A stretch of DNA of 64,000 nucleotides from Candidatus Limnocylindria bacterium. GTDB taxonomy: Bacteria; Chloroflexota; Limnocylindria; QHBO01. Positions 9,708 through 20,660 of this stretch are shown here, piece after piece (positions within the stretch are counted from its first letter, which is position 1; each line of letters starts with the position of its first letter). The notes below the pieces were generated by a model, which saw nothing but the letters and a program-made list of their open reading frames with translations, did not search any database and was not told the DNA's origin. The stretch lies in assembly GCA_038248695.1 (NCBI GenBank), contig JBBRXE010000001.1:1021-65020 (forward strand). The letters are read 5' to 3'. Made by a program: the position numbers and the translations under genes.

Positions 9708-10723
9708 CAGCGCGCTCCGACGCCCACGGCGTCACGCACTTCGCGCATCGTCTCGGCCAGGATCGGCCGGACCTTGGCCGCGCCAGCGGCGAGCACTTCC
9801 TCGACCACTCCGGGGGACGCCGCCAGCTCGGCGCGACGGGCGCGCATGGGCGCGAAAAAGTCGATGATCCGCTCGGCCAGCAGCTGCTTGGTGTCGACGC
9901 AGCCCGTCCGCGCAGTGCGTTCGCCATCCTGGATGTGCAGGTAGTCGCCGCCGAAGAACCGATGCAGCTGGCAGACATTGCAGATCTCAGGACGCCCAGG
10001 ATCGGTGCGCTTGATGCGCAGTGGGTCGGTGACCATGCGCATCACCAAGCGCCGGATCTCTTCCGGATCGGCGAAGATCGGGATGGTGTTGCCGGCACTC
10101 TTGCTCATCTTCGTCTGCCCGTCGATGCCGAAAACGGTCGGCGCGTCGGTGAAGACAGCCTCCGGCTCAGGGAAGATCGCGCCATATCGGCGGTTGAATG
10201 CGCGTGCGATCTCGCGGGACAACTCCAGGTGCGCCGCCTGGTCCCTGCCGACCGGGACGCGGCGGGCCTTGTAGATCACGATGTCGGCCGCCTGGAGGAC
10301 CGGATAGTCGAGCAGCCCCATGCTGTTGTCGATGCCCTGCTGGCGCTTCTCCTTGTAGGTCGGCGTGCGCTCCAGCCAGCTGACCGGCACCACGGTGTTA
10401 AAGATCCAGGTGAGCTCGGCGTGCTCGTGCATGTCGGACTGGCGGATCAGCGCGCACTTCTCCGGATCGAGGCCCACGGCCAGCAGGTCGAGCACCATCT
10501 CGCGTGTCAGCCGTCGCAGCTCGCTGCCGTCGTGCACGGTGGTCAGCGCGTGATAGTCGACGATGGCGTAGATCGCGTCGAACCGCTCCTGCATGGCGAC
10601 GAAGTTCACCTGGGCGCCAAGGTAGTTGCCGAGATGCGAGGCGCCCGAGGGTTGAATGCCGCTGAACACGCGCTCGCGCGTCAACTGCAGGTCGCGTGGC
10701 GGCTCTTCGACAGTCTGGCTCAT
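9707..10723 (-). CDS. trpS: Tryptophanyl-tRNA synthetase
   Basis: Class I aaRS motifs: HIGH-like (…GIQPSGASHLGNYLG…) and KMSKS (…KMSKSAGN…). Start chosen at the internal Met (MSQTVEE, ATG at 10721-10723), because the upstream 36 residues of the ORF are Arg/Ser-rich junk. Confidence 0.9.
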   Translation of the reverse strand: MSQTVEEPPRDLQLTRERVFSGIQPSGASHLGNYLGAQVNFVAMQERFDAIYAIVDYHALTTVHDGSELRRLTREMVLDLLAVGLDPEKCALIRQSDMHEHAELTWIFNTVVPVSWLERTPTYKEKRQQGIDNSMGLLDYPVLQAADIVIYKARRVPVGRDQAAHLELSREIARAFNRRYGAIFPEPEAVFTDAPTVFGIDGQTKMSKSAGNTIPIFADPEEIRRLVMRMVTDPLRIKRTDPGRPEICNVCQLHRFFGGDYLHIQDGERTARTGCVDTKQLLAERIIDFFAPMRARRAELAASPGVVEEVLAAGAAKVRPILAETMREVRDAVGVGAR

Positions 10724-10761
10724 ATCAGTTGGCGAGTGTAACGCACCGACCTTCGAGACCG

Positions 10762-11583
10762 ATGCGTGCGTGGTCGAGAGGTAGAATCGTCGCCGTGATC
10801 GACTGGAACGCGGCGGTTCGTCCGGGGGCACGCATCGGGCACGCCATCGAAACGCACGACAGTATCGGGTCGACCAACGATCGTGCCCTGACGGCTCTCT
10901 CCGAACCGGACGGTGAGGGACGTGTCATTCTGGCCGAGCTGCAGGTCGCGGGCCGTGGCCGGCGCGGGCGAACCTGGGAGTCGCCGCCGGGGCGCAACCT
11001 GACAGTCAGCGTCGCTCTCCGACCGCGCCTCGACGCGTCACAGGCGGGACGCCTGGGTATGGCGGCGGCGTTGGCCCTCCGCACGGCGTGTGAGCCTCAC
11101 GCGGCGCTCGCCATCAAGTGGCCCAACGACCTGGTCACCGCGGACGGCCGCAAGGTTGCGGGCCTGCTGCTCGAGACCGCGCTGCGTGACGAGCACCTGG
11201 CTCACGTCGTGATCGGGATGGGTCTCAACGTCAACTGGCGGCGCACGCAGATGATGCCCGAGATTGCCGCCTCCGCGACCTCGCTGCTCGAGCTGACCGG
11301 CCACGAGGTGGACCGCGTCGACCTGCTGCGGTGCTTGCTCATCGCACTGGACGACGAGGTCACTGCGCTGGAGCGTGACCAGTCGCCGCTCGATCGTTTT
11401 CGCCAGGCGTCGTGGCTCGACGGTCGCGCCGTCGCCGTCAGCCTTGGTGGCGAGCGGCTGGAGGGCCGCGTGCTCGGCGTCAACGAGATGGGCTCGCTCG
11501 TGCTCGAGACCGATGCCGGCCGCCGCGTGCTGGCGAGCGGCGAGGTCGTGCGCGTGAGCGATCCGGCGGCGGTGATCGCGTGA
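10762..11583 (+). CDS. birA: Biotin--[acetyl-CoA-carboxylase] ligase
   Basis: BPL catalytic-domain motifs …LAELQVAGRGRRGRTWESP… (GRGRRGR loop) and …KWPNDL…. It is divergent from trpS. Alternative GTG start at 10795. Confidence 0.75.
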   Translation: MRAWSRGRIVAVIDWNAAVRPGARIGHAIETHDSIGSTNDRALTALSEPDGEGRVILAELQVAGRGRRGRTWESPPGRNLTVSVALRPRLDASQAGRLGMAAALALRTACEPHAALAIKWPNDLVTADGRKVAGLLLETALRDEHLAHVVIGMGLNVNWRRTQMMPEIAASATSLLELTGHEVDRVDLLRCLLIALDDEVTALERDQSPLDRFRQASWLDGRAVAVSLGGERLEGRVLGVNEMGSLVLETDAGRRVLASGEVVRVSDPAAVIA

Positions 11584-12152
11584 CGCCGCAGCGTCAGCCA
11601 GCCGCAGCGCCCGGCGATCCGGACCTGAGCGCCGTGCGTGCCGCGCAGGACGACAGAGCGGCCTTCGATGTCCTGTATCGGCGCTACCTCGACCGGGTCT
11701 ACGGCTACGCCTTCTACCAGCTCGGCGACCATCACGACGCCGAGGACGCCACCGAGCGCACATTCCTCTCGGCGCTGCGGGCAATAGGGCGCTACCGCAA
11801 CCGCGGCTCGACCTTCCGAGCGTGGTTGTTTCGCATCGCGCATAACTGCGTAGCCAACGTCCACCGCAGCCGCACGCGGCGTCGAACCGTGCCGATGCCG
11901 GACGATCCGCCGTGGTCCGCGCCAAATGCCGATCCAGCCGGCCTGCTGCACCGCGCCGAGGAGATGCACGCGGTGATGCGCGCCATCGCCACCCTGCCCG
12001 ATGACCGGCGCCAGGTGGTCCTGTTGCGCTTCGTCGACGGGCTGTCGACGGCGGAGATCGGGGATGTGCTCGGACGGTCGCCGGGAGCGGTGCGCGTGCT
12101 GCAGCATCGGGCGCTGCGCGACCTCGCGGCGCGCCTCGGCCGCCGCGAGTAG
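11580..12152 (+). CDS. ECF-type RNA polymerase sigma-70 factor
   Basis: GTGA overlap with birA. Region 2 (…DAEDATERTFLSALR…FRAWLFRIAHN…) and region 4 HTH (…LPDDRRQVVLLRFVDGLSTAEIGDVLGRSPGAV…) are present. Confidence 0.75.
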   Translation: MTPQRQPAAAPGDPDLSAVRAAQDDRAAFDVLYRRYLDRVYGYAFYQLGDHHDAEDATERTFLSALRAIGRYRNRGSTFRAWLFRIAHNCVANVHRSRTRRRTVPMPDDPPWSAPNADPAGLLHRAEEMHAVMRAIATLPDDRRQVVLLRFVDGLSTAEIGDVLGRSPGAVRVLQHRALRDLAARLGRRE

Positions 12153-12221
12153 AACCCGCGAAGCTGTAACGCGGCGGCTCCGGCGGTGTTTGGATAGGAT
12201 GAACGTTCAGTTTCTCCTGCT

Positions 12222-12548
12222 GTGAACCGAGGTCGCATGCCAACTCGCCCCGCCCGCCTGGACGCTGCCGTCGACACGTTGCTCGCCGGTCAACCGGTCC
12301 GCGGCGGTGAGCTTGCCGACATCGCCTCCCTGGTCCACGCGGCGCTCGGCCCGGTTCCGCCCAGCTCCCGCTTTGAAGACCGCCTGCGCCGGCGACTGCG
12401 CAATTCGCCACGCATCGCCTGGCCGCAGCTGTCGCCCAGCCGTCTGATCGCCGCGGGCGCCGTATCGAGCGCGGCGGTCGGCGTCACGGCGCTCGCCGTG
12501 TGGCGGACCTCGCGACGGCAGGCGGTCGACCGCCCGTGGTATCGGTAG
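12222..12548 (+). CDS. Putative anti-sigma factor (small single-TM protein)
   Basis: Lies immediately downstream of the ECF sigma gene. It has a short cytoplasmic N-terminus and a hydrophobic segment (LIAAGAVSSAAVGVTALAV). Assigned by position only. Confidence 0.4.
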   Translation: MNRGRMPTRPARLDAAVDTLLAGQPVRGGELADIASLVHAALGPVPPSSRFEDRLRRRLRNSPRIAWPQLSPSRLIAAGAVSSAAVGVTALAVWRTSRRQAVDRPWYR

Positions 12549-12557
12549 GAAGTCGCC

Positions 12558-13565
12558 ATGCCGATCAAGTTTCCGTTCAGCCGACGTCGGTCCGGCCCGA
12601 CCGATGCGTGGACCAAGTGCCCCGACTGCGAGCAGCAGGTCTTCAACCGACAGCTCGAGCGTAACCTGCGCGTCTGTCCGAACTGTGGGCATCACTTCCG
12701 CATGTCGGTCGGCGAGCGCATCGATCTGCTGCTGGACGAGGGCAGCTTCGTCGAGCGCGACGCCGGCCTCGAATCGGCTGACCCGCTGGCCTTCGTTGAC
12801 CAGAAGCCATACCCGGATCGTCTCGAATCGGCGGAAATCAAGACCGGCCTGCGCGAGGCGGCGGTGTGGGGCACGGGCAGCGTCGACGACCGGCGCGTGT
12901 CCATCGGCCTGTTCGACTTCCGCTTCATGGGCGGCTCGATGGGCAGCGTCGTCGGCGAGAAGGTCGCCCGCTGCCTGGAGGCGGCCCTGGTTGAGCGCAT
13001 CCCGGCGGTGGTGGTCAGCGCCTCCGGCGGCGCGCGCATGCAGGAAGGCACGCTGTCGCTGCTGCAGCTGGCGAAGACCACGGCGCCGCTGACCCGGCTT
13101 GATGCCGCGGGCGTGCCGTTCATCTCGATCCTGACCGATCCGACCACCGGCGGGGTGCTGGCCAGCTTCGCGAGCCTGGGAGACGTGATCATCGCCGAGC
13201 CGAAGGCCCTCATCGGCTTTGCCGGCGCGCGGGTGGCCAGCGGGACAGTCGGCGAGGATCTGCCCGAAGGTTTCCAGAGCGCCGAGTTCGTGCACGAGCA
13301 CGGCCTGATCGACGCGATCGTGCCGCGTGCGGAGCTGCGTGCAGCGCTGTCGCGCATCCTGAAGCTGCTGCCGCCGGCCCCCGTTGAAGATGGCTGGCAG
13401 ACCGATGACGACCGCCGCTGGGGACCGATCGGCGTCCTCTCCGGCCTGGCCGAGAAGCTGGGCGGAGCCGTTTCGGAGTCGGTCGGCCTCGACATCGAGC
13501 CGACCGTCGGCTCCGGCAATGGCCACGCAGCGCCACGCGAACGCACCGTGGAGCACGAAAGATGA
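12558..13565 (+). CDS. accD: Acetyl-CoA carboxylase carboxyltransferase beta subunit
   Basis: N-terminal Zn ribbon CPDCEQ…CPNCGHH. The carboxyltransferase core shows …FDFRFMGGSMGSVVGEK… and …SASGGARMQEG…. Confidence 0.9.
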   Translation: MPIKFPFSRRRSGPTDAWTKCPDCEQQVFNRQLERNLRVCPNCGHHFRMSVGERIDLLLDEGSFVERDAGLESADPLAFVDQKPYPDRLESAEIKTGLREAAVWGTGSVDDRRVSIGLFDFRFMGGSMGSVVGEKVARCLEAALVERIPAVVVSASGGARMQEGTLSLLQLAKTTAPLTRLDAAGVPFISILTDPTTGGVLASFASLGDVIIAEPKALIGFAGARVASGTVGEDLPEGFQSAEFVHEHGLIDAIVPRAELRAALSRILKLLPPAPVEDGWQTDDDRRWGPIGVLSGLAEKLGGAVSESVGLDIEPTVGSGNGHAAPRERTVEHER

Positions 13566-14554
13566 CAGAGCTTTTGGCCGGCTCGGACGCGCCGAGCAGC
13601 GAGCAGGTCGATGCCGCCTGGCACCAGGTCCAGCTGGCGCGCCACCCAGGGCGGCCGCGGACCCTCGATCTGATCGAGCGCATCTTCGACGATTTTGTCG
13701 AGATGCATGGCGACCGCGCCTTCCGCGACGATCCGGCCATCGTCGGTGGACCGGCACTGCTCGAGGGCCGCTCGGTGATGGTCATCGGCCACCAGAAGGG
13801 GAACGACACCGAGTCGAATATCTTCCGCAACTTCGGATCCGCGCATCCGGAGGGCTTCCGCAAGGCACAGCGCCTCATGCGCCTGGCCGACAAGCTTGGC
13901 CTGCCAGTGATCACCTTCCTCGATACGGCCGGCGCGTTCCCGGGCCCGGCGGCGGAAGAACGGGGTCAGGCCGAGGCGATCGCCTCGTCGATCAAGCTGA
14001 TGACCGGGCTCCAGGTGCCGATCGTCGCGATCGTCCTTGGCGAAGGCGGCTCCGGCGGTGCGCTGGCCATCGGTGTCGGTGACGAGGTCCTGGCCCTCGA
14101 GAACAGCGTCTACTCGGTCATCTCGCCGGAAGGCTGTGCGTCGATCCTGTGGCGCGCGCCGGAGGCGGCTCCGCTGGCCGCCGCCGCGATGCGCATGACC
14201 GCCACCGATCAGCGTGAGCTTGGCATCGTCGACCAGATCGTCGAGGAGCCGGGCGAAGGAGCGCATACCGACCACGAAGCGACCGCGAAGGCGGTCAAGG
14301 CTGCGCTGCTTGCGTCGCTGGCGCGCATCAGCCGTCTCGACACCGAGTCGCTGCTCGCGAGCCGCTATGCTCGCCTGCGGAGCATCGGTGTCTTCCGCGA
14401 GAGCGATGTCAGGCCGCGGGTCAGCGTCGAGCCACCGTCGCTGCGGCGCCGCATCGGGCGCCTGCTGCACCTGCCCGGCGTGCCGCGACGGCCACGCTGG
14501 AGCGAGATCTGGCCCAGCGGCGACGACCAGAACGACGTCGAGGGAGGCGCATGA
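13562..14554 (+). CDS. accA: Acetyl-CoA carboxylase carboxyltransferase alpha subunit
   Basis: ATGA overlap with accD. …ARHPGRPRTLD…, …FLDTAGAFPGPAAEERGQAEAIA… and …IVLGEGGSGGALAIGVGD… are AccA hallmarks. Confidence 0.9.
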   Translation: MTELLAGSDAPSSEQVDAAWHQVQLARHPGRPRTLDLIERIFDDFVEMHGDRAFRDDPAIVGGPALLEGRSVMVIGHQKGNDTESNIFRNFGSAHPEGFRKAQRLMRLADKLGLPVITFLDTAGAFPGPAAEERGQAEAIASSIKLMTGLQVPIVAIVLGEGGSGGALAIGVGDEVLALENSVYSVISPEGCASILWRAPEAAPLAAAAMRMTATDQRELGIVDQIVEEPGEGAHTDHEATAKAVKAALLASLARISRLDTESLLASRYARLRSIGVFRESDVRPRVSVEPPSLRRRIGRLLHLPGVPRRPRWSEIWPSGDDQNDVEGGA

Positions 14555-14991
14555 ACGAAGCGAACGCGGATCTGGAACAGATGCAGCGTGCCGCCGACGA
14601 GCTGATTCCGCAGCTCACCGAGCGCCTGCGACGGAGCGGCATCGGAGAGATCGGGGTGCGCTCGGGTCAGCTGAGCGTGCGCGTCGCCGCGGCACCGGGC
14701 GCGGTCGCCGATCCGCTGGTCGCCGCACCGGCCGCCGCTTCCACGCATCCGACAGCGGTGGTGACCAACCGACCCCACGCGGTGCCAGCTCCGGCGGTGG
14801 GCTACTTCGTCTACGGCGATGGCCTGGGGCCGGGCCTCGCTGTCGGAAAGGGCGATGTGCTCGGCTTCGTCGACGTGCTCGGCGTTCGGCATGAGGTACG
14901 CGCCCCGCGTCGCGGCCTGGTGCGCAGCCTGGTCACCGAGACCGGCGAGGCCGTGGAATACGGCCAGACCCTGCTGGAGCTCGAGGCATGA
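14551..14991 (+). CDS. Biotinyl/lipoyl-domain (BCCP-like) protein lacking the biotinylated lysine
   Basis: ATGA overlaps at both ends (accA stop, fabD start). The C-terminal hybrid-barrel domain aligns to BCCP (…GDVLGFVDVLGVRHEVRAPRRGLV… versus …[20 protein letters not shown]…), but the AMKM lysine is replaced by Gly. Confidence 0.7.
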   Translation: MNEANADLEQMQRAADELIPQLTERLRRSGIGEIGVRSGQLSVRVAAAPGAVADPLVAAPAAASTHPTAVVTNRPHAVPAPAVGYFVYGDGLGPGLAVGKGDVLGFVDVLGVRHEVRAPRRGLVRSLVTETGEAVEYGQTLLELEA

Positions 14992-15938
14992 GCCTGGCGC
15001 TCCTCTTTTCGCCACAGGGCTCGCAGTCGGTCGGCATGGGCCGCGAGCTGGCGGCCGTCTCCGCGTCGGCCCGCGACGTCTTCGCCCGCGCCGATGCCGC
15101 GCTCGGCTGGTCCGTCTCAGAGCTCGCATGGGAGGGTCCGGAGGAGCGCCTCAACGACACGCGCCAGACGCAGCCCTGCCTTGTGGCAACTTCGGTTGCC
15201 TGCCTCGCAGCACTGCAGGAGGCGGATCCCGCGCTCAGGCCCGCGTTCGTCGCGGGCCACTCGGTCGGCGAATATGCGGCGCTGGTCGCGGCCGGCGTCC
15301 TGTCGCTCGAAGACGCGCTGCGGCTCGTGGCGCGCCGCGGCGGCCTGATGGCCGATGCCGGCGACGGCGGCATGCTGGCGGTGATCGGCCTGGCCCGCGA
15401 GGTCGTGGCGACAACCGTTGCGCTGGTCGGGCCGCCCGACGAGATCGTGATCGCCAATGACAACGCGCCCGGGCAGGTCGTGGTCAGCGGCCAGTCTGCG
15501 ACCCTCGATGCGGCGGCGGACGCGCTGCGTGCCGCCGGAGCGAAACGCGTCATCCCGCTGCGCGTCAGCGGTTCATTCCACTCGCCGGCCATGCGGCCGG
15601 TCGGCGAGGAGCTGGCGCGCGCCTTCGACGACGCGACGTGGCGCGACGCCACGACACCGCTCATGAGCAATGTGACGGCCGAGCCAGTGACCGACGCGAC
15701 ACAGATCCGCAGCCTGCTCGCCCGGCAGGTCAGCTCGCCGGTGGAGTGGGTGGCCTGCGTGCGGCACATGCGCGAGGAGGGCGTCGACACGTTCATCGAA
15801 TGCGGTCCGGGGAGCGCGCTGAGCGGGATGGTCCGGCGCATCGCGCCGGAGGCGCGAGCGCTGAATGTCAGCGATCCCGCGACGCTGGCAACGACCGTCG
15901 ATGCGCTGCTGCCGGTGACCGCGGAGGCATCGGCCTAG
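14988..15938 (+). CDS. fabD: Malonyl-CoA:ACP transacylase
   Basis: …FSPQGSQSVGMG… and the active-site GHSVGEY are present, as is …SGSFHSP…. Confidence 0.9.
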   Translation: MSLALLFSPQGSQSVGMGRELAAVSASARDVFARADAALGWSVSELAWEGPEERLNDTRQTQPCLVATSVACLAALQEADPALRPAFVAGHSVGEYAALVAAGVLSLEDALRLVARRGGLMADAGDGGMLAVIGLAREVVATTVALVGPPDEIVIANDNAPGQVVVSGQSATLDAAADALRAAGAKRVIPLRVSGSFHSPAMRPVGEELARAFDDATWRDATTPLMSNVTAEPVTDATQIRSLLARQVSSPVEWVACVRHMREEGVDTFIECGPGSALSGMVRRIAPEARALNVSDPATLATTVDALLPVTAEASA

Positions 15939-17302
15939 TGTTCTCCAAGGTCCTCATCGCAAACCGTGGCGAGATCGCGGTGCGCATCCTGCGTGCCTGC
16001 CGCGACATGAGCGTCCCGGCGGTGGTCGCCTACTCCGAGGCCGATCGGGACTCGCTGGCAGTGCGGCTGGCCGACGAATCGGTGTGCATAGGCCCCGCGG
16101 AAGCCCGCCGCAGTTACCTGAACCAGCCGGCCCTGGTCTCGGCGGCATTGATCACCGGCTGCGATGCGGTGCATCCCGGATACGGCTTCCTGTCCGAGGA
16201 TCCAACCTTCGCCGAGGTGTGCGCGGCTCACGAGCTGGCGTTCATTGGCCCACGCGCGGAGGTGCTCGACCGCTTTGCCAGCAAGTACGCGGTGCGCCGC
16301 ATGCTCGCCGCCAACGGCCTGCCGACCGTTCCCGGTAGTCGTGGGATCGTGACCGACCTCGGCGACGCGCTGGCGCAGGCAGGTGACGCGGGCTACCCGG
16401 TCCTGCTCAAGCCGTCGGCCGGGGGTGGTGGCCGCGGCATGCGGCTGGTGCGTTCGCCGCGCGAGATGGAGACCTCGCTGCCGCTGGCACGCTCCGAGGC
16501 GCAGGCCGCCTTCGGCGACGATGCGATCTACTTCGAGAAGTGGATCGAGGAGAGCCGCCATGTCGAGGTGCAGGTACTGATCGATCGCCACGGCCACGGG
16601 ATCCACCTGGGTGAGCGGGACTGCAGCGTGCAGCGCAGGCACCAGAAGATCATCGAGGAGGGGCCCTCGCCGGCGATGGACGATGCGAGTCGCGAACGGC
16701 TGCGCGACCTCGCCATCCGCGCAGCCCTGAAGGCCGGCTACGAGAGCGCCGGCACGCTGGAGTTCCTGCTGGATCGCGAGGGGAACTTCTACTTCATCGA
16801 GATCAATTGCCGGATCCAGGTCGAGCACCCGGTCACGGAGCTGCTGACCGGCATCGACCTCATCGTCGAGCAGATGCGCCTTGCGGCCGGCGACCCCATG
16901 TCGCTGCGCCAGGAGGACGTTCGATTCCGCGGCCACGCCATCGAGTTCCGCATCAATGCCGAGGACCCGGGCGACAACTTCGCGCCGCAGACCGGCGTGA
17001 TCGATCAGTTGCTGCTGCCCGGCGGTCCGGGGGTGCGCGTCGATACCCACCTGTATCCCGGCTACGAGGTCCCGCCGTTCTACGATTCGCTGCTGGCCAA
17101 ACTGGTGATCTGGGGCGAGGATCGTGCGCAGGCCATCGCGCGCGCGCGGCGTGCCCTCGCCGAGTTCGAGATCGGTGGCATCAGAACCAACATCCCGTTC
17201 CATCGTGGGATCATCGAGAACGCCGCCTTCCTGGATGCCGAGGTCAGCACCAACCTCCTGGACCGCGTCGGTCCAGGAGCATTCATCAGTGGCGGCAGCT
17301 AA
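15938..17302 (+). CDS. accC: Biotin carboxylase
   Basis: GTG at 15938 overlaps the fabD stop ([17 protein letters not shown]…). ATP-grasp motifs are present and …[14 protein letters not shown]… is conserved as …[14 protein letters not shown]…. Confidence 0.9.
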   Translation: MFSKVLIANRGEIAVRILRACRDMSVPAVVAYSEADRDSLAVRLADESVCIGPAEARRSYLNQPALVSAALITGCDAVHPGYGFLSEDPTFAEVCAAHELAFIGPRAEVLDRFASKYAVRRMLAANGLPTVPGSRGIVTDLGDALAQAGDAGYPVLLKPSAGGGGRGMRLVRSPREMETSLPLARSEAQAAFGDDAIYFEKWIEESRHVEVQVLIDRHGHGIHLGERDCSVQRRHQKIIEEGPSPAMDDASRERLRDLAIRAALKAGYESAGTLEFLLDREGNFYFIEINCRIQVEHPVTELLTGIDLIVEQMRLAAGDPMSLRQEDVRFRGHAIEFRINAEDPGDNFAPQTGVIDQLLLPGGPGVRVDTHLYPGYEVPPFYDSLLAKLVIWGEDRAQAIARARRALAEFEIGGIRTNIPFHRGIIENAAFLDAEVSTNLLDRVGPGAFISGGS

Positions 17303-17307
17303 CAACC

Positions 17308-17821
17308 ATGGAGACAGCAGACAACAGACGCATGACGACCGAGACTGCGACCGAGTCCCTGCCGCCGCTTCCCTGGGAGGCGGCGCAGATCATGCGGGTC
17401 ATTCCGCACCGCTACCCGTTCCTGCTCGTCGACCGCGTGTTGGAGCTCGAGCCCGGCAAGCGGGTGGTTGCCCTCAAGAACGTGACCGCCAACGAGCCGC
17501 AGTTCACCGGCCATTTCCCGGAGCGCCCCATCATGCCCGGCGTGCTGATGGTCGAGGCGCTGGCGCAGGCCGGCGCCGTGGCCGTCCTGTCGCTGCCCGA
17601 GAACCGCGGCAAGCTCGCGCTGTTCGCAGCGATCGACGAGTGCCGTTTCCGGCGCACCGTGCTCCCTGGCGACACGCTGCGGCTTGAGATCACGGTCGAG
17701 AAGCTGCAGCGCCTCTTCGGCCGCGCCCGCGCGGTGGCCAGTGTCGACGGCGAGGTGGCCGTCGAGGCGTTGCTCTCGTTCATCATTCCGCGGGACCAGT
17801 CGATCGGGGGAGGCCGGACCG

Positions 17822-17829
<8 letters not shown>
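17308..17829 (+). CDS. fabZ: 3-hydroxyacyl-ACP dehydratase
   Basis: …[13 protein letters not shown]… and …[22 protein letters not shown]… form the hot-dog fold catalytic His motif. An alternative ATG lies at 17332. Confidence 0.85.
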
Positions 17830-19080
<1,251 letters not shown>

Positions 19081-19084
<4 letters not shown>

Positions 19085-19551
19085 GCGACCGGCCGGATCC
19101 CGATCCGGCGCTGCGGGCCGTCGACCTGCTCCTCCCCGCATTCGAGGCGAGCGGCCTTGACGAGCTCGAGGTCGATGCCGGCGAGCTGCACGTGCAACTG
19201 GTACGCCCGCGCCTGCCCATCGCGGCCGTGCCCGGCACGGCGCCCGTCGTGGCCGGTCAGCATCTCGCGGCGTCGGCGCCGGTCACGCCGTATGGCGAGC
19301 CGTCGCCGGGCATGCGCTTCGTGACCGCACCGCTGACCGGTATCTGGTACTCGTCGCCATCGCCCGGCGTGCGCCCCTACCTCGAGGAGGGGGTCGAGGT
19401 GTCGAAGGGGCAGGTCGTTGGCCTGATCGAGGCGATGAAGCTGTTCAACGAGATCAAGTCGGACGTAGCCGGCAGGGTGATCCGCATCCTCGCCGAAAGT
19501 GGCACGCTGGTGAAGCGCCAGCAGCCACTCGTCGAGGTCGATCCGCGCTGA
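19081..19551 (+). CDS. accB: Biotin carboxyl carrier protein (bona fide, with EAMKL biotinylation motif)
   Basis: GTGA overlap with fabF. The C-terminal motif …GLIEAMKLFNEIKSD… carries the biotinyl-Lys. The N-terminus has a Pro/Ala linker. Confidence 0.85.
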
Positions 19552-19586
19552 CGCGCTGCCACCAGCGAACAAGGAGACAAGGAACA

Positions 19587-20660
19587 ATGGCGCCGAACGC
19601 GGTGATCAGCGGGTGGGGGATGTACGCGCCCCAGCACGTGATGACGAACGACGACCTCGCCAAGCTGGTCGATACCAATGACGAATGGATCGTGTCGCGC
19701 ACCGGGATCCACGAGCGACGCATCGCGGCGCCCGACGAGACGACCACGACCCTCGCGGTCAATGCCTCGCGCGACGCCCTGGTGGTGGCTGGCGTCGATC
19801 CGCTCGACGTCGATCTGGTCATCGTCGGCACCTGCTCACCCGACTACCCGCTGCCGGCGACCGGGGTCCTCGTCGCCCGCGACCTGGGAGCCACGCGTGC
19901 CGCGGGTTTTGACCTGCAGGCCGCCTGCTCCGGCTTCCTGTTCGCGCTGGCCACCGGGTCGAGCTTCGTGCGCAGCGGCATGTATCGCAACGTGCTGGTC
20001 ATCGGCGTCGAAGTGTTGAGCCGCTTCATCGACTGGACCGATCGGGGCACCTGCGTGCTGTTCGGTGACGGCGCCGGCGCCGTGCTGCTCAGCGCGAGTG
20101 ACGCGCCGGGCGGCCTGCTCGGCGTCGACATGTTCAGCGACGGAACCGGTGCCGAGGGCATCATCGTGCCGGCCGGCGGTTCGGCCTGTCCGGCTTCGCC
20201 CGAGACGGCCGCCGGCAACGGCCACTTCATCCACATGGCGGGGGCCGATGTCTATCGCTACGCCACGCGCCAGATGGCCGAATCGACGCTGGCGGCGCTG
20301 CGCAGCGCCGGCCTTGGGGTGGACGACATCGACCAGTTCATCTACCACCAGGCGAACCTGCGGATCATCAAGAGCGTCGGCAAGCAGCTGGGGATCCCCG
20401 ACGAGAAGGTCTTCGTCAATATCGAGAAGTACGGCAACACGTCGGCGGCATCGGTGCCCATGGCGCTCGTCGAAGCCGTGGCTGCCGGTCGTGTCGAGCC
20501 CGGAGACCGACTTCTGATGGCGGCGTTCGGCGCCGGCTACACTGCCGGGGCCGCGGTACTCGAGTGGACCGCCGATCCGGCGCGCGCATTCCTGGCTCCC
20601 GGCTCGCAGACGCGACTGGGCAAGCCGCAGACGCAGCTCGCCGCGGCGGCCGCAGGCTGA
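19587..20660 (+). CDS. fabH: Beta-ketoacyl-ACP synthase III
   Basis: AAGGAG RBS at 19571-19576. The active-site Cys is in …DLQAACSGFLFAL…, with …YHQANLRII… and …GNTSAASVPMAL…. Confidence 0.9.
   Translation: MAPNAVISGWGMYAPQHVMTNDDLAKLVDTNDEWIVSRTGIHERRIAAPDETTTTLAVNASRDALVVAGVDPLDVDLVIVGTCSPDYPLPATGVLVARDLGATRAAGFDLQAACSGFLFALATGSSFVRSGMYRNVLVIGVEVLSRFIDWTDRGTCVLFGDGAGAVLLSASDAPGGLLGVDMFSDGTGAEGIIVPAGGSACPASPETAAGNGHFIHMAGADVYRYATRQMAESTLAALRSAGLGVDDIDQFIYHQANLRIIKSVGKQLGIPDEKVFVNIEKYGNTSAASVPMALVEAVAAGRVEPGDRLLMAAFGAGYTAGAAVLEWTADPARAFLAPGSQTRLGKPQTQLAAAAAG

Noticed and set aside
8457-9944. 495-aa plus-strand ORF opposite the AI-2E transporter and trpS
   Set aside because: Asp/Arg/Gln-rich low-complexity translation, antisense to two well-supported genes.
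11038-14470. Large minus-strand ORFs 11038..12411 (457 aa), 12207..13757 (516 aa) and 12692..14470 (592 aa)
   Set aside because: They are antisense to birA, the ECF sigma gene, accD and accA, all of which have strong motifs. Their Arg/Ala/Gly-rich low-complexity translations are typical of shadow ORFs in 70% GC DNA.
15935-17305. 456-aa minus-strand ORF opposite accC
   Set aside because: Shadow ORF. accC on the plus strand has unambiguous biotin carboxylase motifs.
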